Shown here piece by piece: positions 7,281-14,492 of a stretch of DNA of 15,297 nucleotides. Both the position numbers and the translations under genes were made by a program. The DNA is from Promethearchaeati archaeon (lineage in GTDB: Archaea; Asgardarchaeota; Heimdallarchaeia; JABLTI01): contig JABLTI010000067.1 of NCBI GenBank assembly GCA_013166835.1, positions 1 to 15,297 of the forward strand. The letters run 5' to 3'. The stretch's first letter is position 1. Every line of letters begins with the position of its first letter. The notes beneath the pieces are model-generated. The model was given only the letters and a program-made list of their open reading frames with translations, was not told the DNA's origin and did no database searches.

Positions 7281-8141
7281 ATGTACGAAATCGTAGATAA
7301 AAAAGAAGAAGCACCAAATGTTCATCGAATTATCATTCGAGAACCAATGACTGCCGAGAAAGCACAACCCGGGCAATTTGCCATACTCATGCCTGATGAG
7401 AAAGGTGAAAGAATCCCTATGTCTATAGCTGATACTAACAAAGACACCTTCACAATCTTCCTCTTAGAATTAGGAATCTCCACAGCTAAAATCGCAACGT
7501 TAAACAAAGGTGACAAACTCTATTGTGTCGTTGGACCACTTGGGAAGCCATCAATAATAGAGAAGTATGGTCGAGTGATACTTGGTGGAGGGTGTTATGG
7601 AGTAGGTGCAATCTACCCGATAGCAAAAGCTTTGAAGGCAGCTGGAAATCACGTCACAACAATCATTGAAGCGAGAAACAAATACCTGCTTTACTTCGAA
7701 GAAGAATTAGCATCTGTTTCAGACGAGGTACATATAGCCACATCTGATGGATCAGTGGGAACAAAAGGACATGTCCAAGATGTTCTCGTGCAGCTAATAA
7801 GAGATGGAGAACGATATGATCATGCAAAATTCATCGGATGCACGTACATGATGTATAATTGCTCGAATATAACTGCACCATACAAGATACCAACAATGGT
7901 GTGTTTAAACACAATCATGCTAGATGGAACTGGTATGTGCGGTTGCTGCCGTGTTTCTGTTGATGGGAAAACGAAATTTGCTTGTGTTGATGGACCTGAA
8001 TTTGATGGTCATAAAGTGGACTGGGAAGAATTGATGAAGCGAAAGAAGTCCTACCAAATGGAAGAGATGATTTCCTATCAGACAGCTCCACACGTCTGTC
8101 GTGCGCTTGTAGAAACTATTCTAGGTGAGAACATTGAGTGA
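7281..8141 (+). CDS. nfnA: NfnA/SudB (sulfide/dihydroorotate dehydrogenase-like FAD/NAD-binding [2Fe-2S] subunit)
   Basis: PGQF, GERIPMSIAD, GPLGKP and DGTGMCGCCRV...FACVDGPEFDGHKVDW. ATG at 7281 is preceded by GGTGA (5-nt spacer). The ORF track starts at GTG 7269. Confidence 0.92.
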   Translation: MYEIVDKKEEAPNVHRIIIREPMTAEKAQPGQFAILMPDEKGERIPMSIADTNKDTFTIFLLELGISTAKIATLNKGDKLYCVVGPLGKPSIIEKYGRVILGGGCYGVGAIYPIAKALKAAGNHVTTIIEARNKYLLYFEEELASVSDEVHIATSDGSVGTKGHVQDVLVQLIRDGERYDHAKFIGCTYMMYNCSNITAPYKIPTMVCLNTIMLDGTGMCGCCRVSVDGKTKFACVDGPEFDGHKVDWEELMKRKKSYQMEEMISYQTAPHVCRALVETILGENIE

Positions 8142-9750
8142 AAAGAAGAAACCTCACACTAAAGAAAAGAAACCTGTTAAGCCAAAGATAGAGGAGAAGA
8201 AAGTAAAGAAAGCTCCCACTAAGACTTCTACAAAAACTCCCAAAAAAACACCGGTTAAAAAAGCTACCACGGAAAAGAAGCAAACACCTCCTAGACCACC
8301 TCGAGTAAAAATGAGTGAACAACCTCCAGAAGTCAGAATCAAGAATTTCGATGAAGTACCTTACGGTTTAACTCCTGAGCAAGCAATAGCGGAAGCTAAA
8401 CGTTGTCTTCAATGTGGTAAACCAAAATGTGTAGCTGGTTGCCCTGTTGAAGTTCAAATCCCTGAGTTTATTGGATTAATTGCTGAAGGAAAATTCGTAG
8501 AAGCTGCTTGTAAAATTAAAGAAACAAATGTTCTCCCAGCTGTTTGTGGTCGGGTCTGTCCCCAAGAAACACAATGTGAAGAAGTCTGTATTCTTGGAAG
8601 AAGACATGATCCAATTGCAATTGGTTGGTTGGAGAAATTCTGCGCAGATTATGAACGACTAGGTGGACACATCAAACTTCCAAAGAAGCAGAAAGATAAT
8701 GGTAAGAAAGTTGCAATAGTAGGCTCTGGACCCGCTGGTTTAACAGTGGCTGGAGACCTAACACTCCTAGGGTATTCTGTAACAATTTTCGAAGCCTTCC
8801 ACAAAGGTGGAGGAGTATTAGTCTATGGAATTCCAGAATTTCGATTACCAAAAGAAATCGTTGATATTGAAATAAACTACCTAGAAAGACTTGGTGTAGA
8901 AGTCAAGTATAATCATGTAATAGGTAGGTGTAAATCAATCGACGAGTTGTTCTCAAAAGATGCCTATCATGCTGTGTTCATAGCTGTAGGAGCTGGCTTG
9001 CCCCGATTCATGAATATGCCCGGAGAAAATCTCAATGGGGTCTATTCAGCTAATGAATACCTCACACGATCAAATCTCATGAAAGCTTATCTGTTCCCTG
9101 ATTACAATACTCCGTTGATTCATGGTCGCAGTGTAACTGTGGTGGGCGGAGGAAATGTAGCTATGGATTGTGCAAGAACAGCCATGCGACTGGGTTCAGC
9201 AAAGGTGACTTTGGTTTATCGGCGAGCTAGAGAGCAGATGCCTGCAAGAAATGAAGAAATTCATCATGCAGAAGAAGAAGGAATCATCTTCAAATTGCTT
9301 TCAAACCCAGTGGAAATATTTGGTGACGAAGAAGGTCGGGCGACCAAGATTAAATGTCAAAGATATGAACTAGGAGAACCCGATGATTCCGGCAGAAGAA
9401 GACCAATCCCAATTGAAAACGATTACTTCGAATATGATACAGACATTGTTATCATCGCAATCGGAAACAATTCAAATCCCTTAATTGCAGCCACTACTCC
9501 AGATATTGAAATAAATAAATGGGGAAACATCGTCGTTGATAGCCTTGGAAGAACTAGTAAAAAATTCGTTTATGCAGCTGGTGACATCGTTACAGGTGCA
9601 GCAACAGTCATCTCTGCAATGGGTGGAGCAAGACAAGCCGCTATCGGTATTCATTACGATTTAATGGGTGAGATAGAACCAGATATCCCCACTGCTTGCG
9701 AAATGCCTGATGAGTGGTTAGATGAAGAAAAAGACGAACCAGTTACTTAA
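8134..9750 (+). CDS. nfnB: NfnB/SudA (GltD-like NADPH-dependent FAD/[4Fe-4S] subunit) with Lys-rich N-terminal extension
   Basis: EAKRCLQC, CVAGCP, VCGRVCPQETQCE, GSGPAG, YGIPEFRLPK, GGGNVAMDCAR, YRR and AGDIVTGAATVISAMG. It directly follows nfnA. The likely start is TTG 8134 after AGGTGA; the track gives GTG 8125. Confidence 0.92.
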   Translation: MSEKKKPHTKEKKPVKPKIEEKKVKKAPTKTSTKTPKKTPVKKATTEKKQTPPRPPRVKMSEQPPEVRIKNFDEVPYGLTPEQAIAEAKRCLQCGKPKCVAGCPVEVQIPEFIGLIAEGKFVEAACKIKETNVLPAVCGRVCPQETQCEEVCILGRRHDPIAIGWLEKFCADYERLGGHIKLPKKQKDNGKKVAIVGSGPAGLTVAGDLTLLGYSVTIFEAFHKGGGVLVYGIPEFRLPKEIVDIEINYLERLGVEVKYNHVIGRCKSIDELFSKDAYHAVFIAVGAGLPRFMNMPGENLNGVYSANEYLTRSNLMKAYLFPDYNTPLIHGRSVTVVGGGNVAMDCARTAMRLGSAKVTLVYRRAREQMPARNEEIHHAEEEGIIFKLLSNPVEIFGDEEGRATKIKCQRYELGEPDDSGRRRPIPIENDYFEYDTDIVIIAIGNNSNPLIAATTPDIEINKWGNIVVDSLGRTSKKFVYAAGDIVTGAATVISAMGGARQAAIGIHYDLMGEIEPDIPTACEMPDEWLDEEKDEPVT

Positions 9751-9803
9751 AAACGAGTCATAAGAGAAACTCTTATGACGTTTCATTTCTTTTTATTTTA
9801 TTT
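9751..9803 (+). terminator. Stem-loop plus T-rich tract ending the redox operon
   Basis: GTCATAAGAG-AAA-CTCTTATGAC (9757-9779) is a perfect 10-bp stem, extendable by AAAC/GTTT. It is followed by TTTCATTTCTTTTTATTTTATTT and starts right after the nfnB stop. Confidence 0.75.
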
Positions 9804-9814
9804 GAGGAATTAAC

Positions 9815-10204
9815 ATGCTTGGCTCCGCAACTCTAGATGCTATGTTGTGGTTTTATTTTGTAAATGCAATTCTATTAATTGTTCATGAAATAGATTCAGC
9901 TTACTGGAAAGAATGGGAACTATTCAAGATTCCTGGAGGAATAACTAGCTTTCTAATTATTCATTTTCCATTAATAGGGGCAATCTTGTTTGGATTGGCA
10001 GCTATTACACAATGGTACGTTGTAGGATTAGTCTTTTCTTTCATTTTGTGTGTTGGCGGACTATTTGCTTTTACGATTCACACATATTTTCTCAAGAAGG
10101 GAAAAGAGGAATTTAACTCTCCAATATCAATTGCAATCCTAATAGCTATACTTGTTGTATCAGTAACCCAACTAGCACTAACTTTTCTAGTTATATTTAT
10201 TTAA
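9815..10204 (+). CDS. Small four-TM membrane protein (resembles DUF6713/HXXEE-like family)
   Basis: 129 aa with four hydrophobic segments and the motif HEIDSAYWKEWELF. GAGGA lies upstream. The family assignment is from memory and was not searched. Confidence 0.7.
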   Translation: MLGSATLDAMLWFYFVNAILLIVHEIDSAYWKEWELFKIPGGITSFLIIHFPLIGAILFGLAAITQWYVVGLVFSFILCVGGLFAFTIHTYFLKKGKEEFNSPISIAILIAILVVSVTQLALTFLVIFI

Positions 10205-10281
10205 TGTACTGAGAAAAATAATAAATACAAAGAATCAAAGTAGTTGCAGCTAAAAGTAATAAAGTAAAGGAATTTCTAACT

Positions 10282-11181
10282 ATGCGTAAAGTAGCTATAG
10301 TATCAGATGGTACAGCTGATATTCCCAAAGATTTAATTGAAAAATATAATATCCATATTATTCCTATTTTTGTTGTTTTTGAAACGGAGAAATTTTCTAT
10401 ATACGGTGATTATGGCGATATATCAAAAGAGGAGTTTTATGAACGATTAAGAACCTGTGACGAATTACCCACAACTGGTATTGCATCTCAAAGTTATTTT
10501 ATTTCAGCTTTTGAAGCAGCAGCAAAAGAAGCTAAATCTGTGATTGGCATCTTTGTCTCAGAGAAATTATCAGCTCATTTTGTGGAAGCAAAAAGGATAG
10601 CTGCAACATTAGAGGATATTGATATAACTGTTGTTGATGCACGAGCAGCAGCTATACCGTTGGGATTAACAGCCTTGGAAGCTGCAATTATGGCTCATGA
10701 AGGGAAATCAAAAGAAGAAATCCTTACTCGATTGGAAGAAGAACTGATACCTCAGAACAAAATGGTTGTAGTATTGGATACTCTCCAGAATCTTTATCGA
10801 TCGGGAAGAATTGGCAAAATTCAAAAGTTTTTTGGGCAATCATTAAAAATCAAACCAATCATTTGCTATAATAAAGATGGATCTGTTGGGAGTAGAGGGA
10901 AGATTAGAGGAGATAGAGAGGAAGTTATTAAGAGATTCAAATTCTTGGCTCCCTTTGTAGTAAAGCACGCAATAACTGATAATATATTTATTTGGCATTC
11001 AGAGTATAAAGAACCTGCAAAAGAGCTTTTAGAAATTATGGAACAACACAATGATAAAGGAAAGAAAATAAGAATTGTCAATGCAGGACCAGTGGTTGGT
11101 ACTCATATTGGAGAAAAAACTATTGGGATAGTTTATATTGGTCCTTATAATGAAAATTGGATGAATATGAAAGAAGCATAA
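10282..11181 (+). CDS. degV: DegV family (FakB-like) fatty-acid-binding protein
   Basis: VAIVSDGTADIP, LPTT, VSEKLS, ITVVD, LYRSGRIG, LKIKPII and GPVVGTHIG. The length of 299 aa is typical of DegV. Confidence 0.9.
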   Translation: MRKVAIVSDGTADIPKDLIEKYNIHIIPIFVVFETEKFSIYGDYGDISKEEFYERLRTCDELPTTGIASQSYFISAFEAAAKEAKSVIGIFVSEKLSAHFVEAKRIAATLEDIDITVVDARAAAIPLGLTALEAAIMAHEGKSKEEILTRLEEELIPQNKMVVVLDTLQNLYRSGRIGKIQKFFGQSLKIKPIICYNKDGSVGSRGKIRGDREEVIKRFKFLAPFVVKHAITDNIFIWHSEYKEPAKELLEIMEQHNDKGKKIRIVNAGPVVGTHIGEKTIGIVYIGPYNENWMNMKEA

Positions 11182-11182
11182 C

Positions 11183-11204
11183 TTTATCTTCTTCTTTTTT
11201 CTCT
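11183..11204 (+). terminator. T-rich archaeal-type terminator after degV
   Basis: Pyrimidine tract TTTATCTTCTTCTTTTTTCTCT lies immediately after the stop, in a convergent intergenic region. Confidence 0.4.
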
Positions 11205-11292
11205 AATGTATCATTACCATCATTTAGTATTTTTCCTAATGATATTTGTCAATTAACTCTTTTGGTACTCGAATGAAGGGACATGAGAATTA

Positions 11293-12741
11293 TTAATTAT
11301 TTTTGAAGAATTCAGTATTCAACGAAACAATATTACTCATACCATACTTCTCTTTTTTTACTAATCCCTTTACAATTAAACGCCCCACAGCTCTTGAAAC
11401 TGTAGATTTTGATAATGCTGTTTGTCTTACTAAATCAGCTTGAGTGAGTTCTGTCTTATCAATAATTATTTGAAAAATTGTAAACTCTCTTTCTGTCAAT
11501 ATTTCCTTCCATTTATCAAAATCAATTTTATCAATAATATCTTCTTCTGCAATTAAATCAGTATCACTTAATTTGTCACTTTTAACATAATTTTTCTTAT
11601 AATAATATACAATTCCAACAGCTGTTGATACTCCAAAAATCATTGCTGAAAGAATTATTGCTACAATTGCGCCAGTTGATAAAACAGCAATCTTGCCCGA
11701 AATCTGGATGTTTACTGGAAAAGACACTAAAGAACACTGTAATGATATATTGCAATCAAAATTCCTTGGAGTTGATCTATCAATTATAATCTTCAAGTAC
11801 ATAGTTTCTCCAATATTTAATTCCCAATCAGTGATATTGGCATCTACCCAATCAGGTTTGATAATTGAACCATCCAATTTTTGATTTTCGAAATTAGTTA
11901 TAGTAAATACCTTTTCCATTGGTTCACTATCCTTTCTGATTCTACCTGCATCCCATTCAGATGGTGTAATTTCTAGGTCATCAATAACAATTAGACTTGT
12001 ATAATTTATATCAGCAAAGAAATCATAGCGATTCACCTCTAGCCAAGATAATACCAGTTTATTACTGACTGTTGATATAGAATGTGGTGGAGGAACACAT
12101 TTCAATAATGAAATTTCTCTATCACAAATTATAATCACATTTTGATTGCCTATTCGTCTTAACCAATTAACCCCTAGTTCGTAATTATAATGAGTTAGGA
12201 AATCTTTAGTGTCCTGTAAGTAGGTTATTTTAACATTACGTACTAATCCAACTGGAATTTCAGAGGATAATGCAAATTGGATTTTCGTACTATTACCAAT
12301 TACTTCCTCATAATGATCTAGTTCAATAGTGTTAGCTTCTATAATTTGTACTCCTCTTATCTCTCCAAAAACAGATATTTCTTCTTGCGATGTGTAAAAC
12401 CTTGATTTAGTTTCACTTGGAGAATCTGAATCAACTCCAACGAAATTAATATCCAGTTGTATTTGTGTTGTCCTCAAATGTAAATAACAGGTGATTCTTG
12501 CTGAAGCAATATCATTCAATGAATTCGTTGACAACACTTGATTATTAAAATCAAATCCTTGTTTACCATTTCTTATCAGGTCATCATTCTTCTGCAAAAT
12601 TGAATCTGATGAATTATCATCAATAATTGACATTTTCTGAGAATAAATTGGATAATTACAAGTAATAACTAAAAGAGCAGAGATTAGACTAGTATAAACT
12701 AGTATTGAAAAAAAAGTTTTTAGTAAACTATTTTTGATCAA
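11293..12741 (-). CDS. Membrane-tethered winged-HTH regulator (signal/TM, extracellular beta-rich domains, TM, cytoplasmic MarR-like wHTH; COG2512-like)
   Basis: N-terminal hydrophobic segment, a TM (AIVAIILSAMIFGVSTAVGIVYYYKK) and a C-terminal LTERE..IFQII...LTQADLVRQTALSKSTVSRAVGRLIVKGLVKKEKYG. TTG start. Confidence 0.8.
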   Translation of the reverse strand: MIKNSLLKTFFSILVYTSLISALLVITCNYPIYSQKMSIIDDNSSDSILQKNDDLIRNGKQGFDFNNQVLSTNSLNDIASARITCYLHLRTTQIQLDINFVGVDSDSPSETKSRFYTSQEEISVFGEIRGVQIIEANTIELDHYEEVIGNSTKIQFALSSEIPVGLVRNVKITYLQDTKDFLTHYNYELGVNWLRRIGNQNVIIICDREISLLKCVPPPHSISTVSNKLVLSWLEVNRYDFFADINYTSLIVIDDLEITPSEWDAGRIRKDSEPMEKVFTITNFENQKLDGSIIKPDWVDANITDWELNIGETMYLKIIIDRSTPRNFDCNISLQCSLVSFPVNIQISGKIAVLSTGAIVAIILSAMIFGVSTAVGIVYYYKKNYVKSDKLSDTDLIAEEDIIDKIDFDKWKEILTEREFTIFQIIIDKTELTQADLVRQTALSKSTVSRAVGRLIVKGLVKKEKYGMSNIVSLNTEFFKNN

Positions 12742-12972
12742 TGAATCCCACTCACTTTATTATTTCTACAATGATTTATTTTAGGTATTTTATAGAAACG
12801 TTAATTTTCTCATAGGAAAATAATATAGAAGAGCAGATTCGATCTTCATCTGTATAGGTCTTCGTAATCTTTCAGACTGAATTTCGTTTTTTGCTCTTCA
12901 TTTTTTACCAAGTTACTAATTCTTATGCAGATAGTTTTATTTCGTTTTCAGTTTTCCATTTCACAATATTTC

Positions 12973-14340
12973 TTATATTGGAAGGTAAATTACATCAATT
13001 ACTTCTTCAGTAACATCATCAATTACAATGCGAATTCCAATTGTTTCACCAGGTATTAATGATTCATTAAAAGTTAGAATGTCATCAATTAAGTCAATGT
13101 ACCAAAAGCCTTCGTCGAAACACATGTAAACTTCATAACCAGTAACGGTAGCTAGCCAATCTTGAACTTCTGGATCAGATAAAGCAATTGCGAGTGCTTC
13201 TTCACCAGTTAGATTTGGATTAGGTAAGTCGTGAATATAGTAATAGAAAATCTCACCAGTAGCATCGATGATATCAACTTTAGCATATTCGTTGTAGTTG
13301 TAAATATTTTCAAAATAGACATACCAATACCCATAGAAGCTGTCAAATACTGCACTTACACCGTAGAGTGACAAACTATCTAAGAAAGTACTAACTTCTG
13401 GTTGTGATTCTGCTATAGCGATGACTTCATCAAATGTTAAATTTGGAGCCAAACTCTTTGTTATGTCTACTACTTCACCAGTTTCATCGTCAACAGTGAT
13501 AGAAATCCAATTTTGATATGGATTATCTAATGCCCAATAATCAACGATCCATACTCCTGCATTTACGTCAATGTTCTTTGTAGCAAAATTATTTGCACTT
13601 TTTAGAAAAGATTCGTTTCCAAACCAAATGGTATCATAGTAATTGATAGTTCTTCCAAACTCTGGATTGAATACAATCCATTGCTGAACTTCTGCTAAAG
13701 CTTCTACGATAACTATAATCTCTTCTTCAGTATGAATAGCATTCTCAAGCGGATCATAAATTTCGTAAAATATGACTGAACCATTATTGTTTGATATGAT
13801 AACAAAGGGATAAGATCGTATTGTATCAGACCAATAATCAACATACCAGAGCTCTAAACCATCATACCAAGCATTAATGGATATATCACCTGCTTGGGAA
13901 TCAAGCCATTCAGCGATTTCTGGTATGGCATTAGCTATTGCGATAATTTCTTGTTCAGTATAGTTCGGTTTGCTTGGAGTATACACTGCGAAATATAGTA
14001 CATCACTTGTTAAAGCATCGATCTCAACGTAAGCGTAATTCATCCAATAATAGATGTCTTCAGCATAAGTGAAATTATCAGCATAAAACTCAACAATCCA
14101 CTTCTCATCAATACGATTTGCAGAAACAGAACTGATTTCATTTTCTTCTAAAAATGTCGCAACTTCTGGAATTGCACTAGCAATATCTATAGCTTCTTGG
14201 TAAGTAATGTAATCGGGGTTTAATCTTTGGTTTCTAGCAATTAATGTCCCTGTTAGAATAGCACTTGTTACTAATGTTGCAAGAATAAGTGATATTACGA
14301 GTGTTGTTGATGCTCGTTTGGATAATGTTTTTTGTTTCAT
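12973..14340 (-). CDS. Acidic secreted or membrane-anchored protein with five PepSY-like repeats
   Basis: Basic N-terminus and a hydrophobic helix, then five repeats of T-x2-E-[AIV]-x2-I...[PA]E[VI]-x2-[FW]...W-[IY]-[VI]-x-[FYL]...[ID]D-x-T-[GSE]-[ED]-[VI]. Repeat 2 is degenerate at the end. Confidence 0.75.
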   Translation of the reverse strand: MKQKTLSKRASTTLVISLILATLVTSAILTGTLIARNQRLNPDYITYQEAIDIASAIPEVATFLEENEISSVSANRIDEKWIVEFYADNFTYAEDIYYWMNYAYVEIDALTSDVLYFAVYTPSKPNYTEQEIIAIANAIPEIAEWLDSQAGDISINAWYDGLELWYVDYWSDTIRSYPFVIISNNNGSVIFYEIYDPLENAIHTEEEIIVIVEALAEVQQWIVFNPEFGRTINYYDTIWFGNESFLKSANNFATKNIDVNAGVWIVDYWALDNPYQNWISITVDDETGEVVDITKSLAPNLTFDEVIAIAESQPEVSTFLDSLSLYGVSAVFDSFYGYWYVYFENIYNYNEYAKVDIIDATGEIFYYYIHDLPNPNLTGEEALAIALSDPEVQDWLATVTGYEVYMCFDEGFWYIDLIDDILTFNESLIPGETIGIRIVIDDVTEEVIDVIYLPI

Positions 14341-14375
14341 TTTTTATCATTCCGATTTTTTGTGGTAACCTCATC

Positions 14376-14447
14376 TGTTTCAATAGAAACATAGACTGAA
14401 ACATCCTAAAAAGCTAAACATAAAACTGGTTCACTTTTTTTGAACCA
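14376..14447. promoter_or_regulatory. Cluster of related inverted repeats upstream of the PepSY-repeat gene (candidate operator)
   Basis: TGGTTCA-N7-TGAACCA (14427-14447), TGTTTC-N4-GAAACA (14376-14391) and TGTTTCA-N14-TGAAACA (14376-14403). Confidence 0.5.
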
Positions 14448-14492
14448 AGCATAAAATAGACATTTCTGAATTTTTAAGAGAATTTTTTCATA

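Noticed and set aside
7273-8141. Selenocysteine readthrough at the TGA stops (7273-7275, 8139-8141) or in HdrA
   Set aside because: These TGAs fall at natural C-termini next to the following gene start. The HdrA DCSAC motif uses TGC/TGT, and I saw no convincing SECIS.
4298-8342. Short minus-strand ORFs (4298, 4814, 6927, 7090, 7182, 7322, 8116, 8154)
   Set aside because: All are antisense to well-supported redox genes and have no independent coding signal.
8134-9750. Glutamate synthase small subunit (gltD/gltA)
   Set aside because: There is no gltB in the window. Pairing with the NfnA/SudB-type gene indicates NfnB/SudA.
3843-9750. Apparently higher GC in the redox operon as evidence of horizontal transfer
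   Set aside because: This was judged by eye only and can be explained by Gly/Ala/Pro/Cys-rich proteins. It needs GC3, codon-usage and phylogenetic analysis.
11209-11244. TATCATTA-N20-TAATGATA inverted repeat between convergent genes
   Set aside because: It is short and AT-rich, consistent with chance.
12828-12899. GAAGAGCA...TGCTCTTC inverted repeat enclosing TTCAG-A-CTGAA (possible ncRNA, MITE or SECIS)
   Set aside because: The arms are only 8 bp, the interior pairs poorly, and there is no target-site duplication, second copy or SECIS GA quartet. An Rfam or covariation search would be needed.
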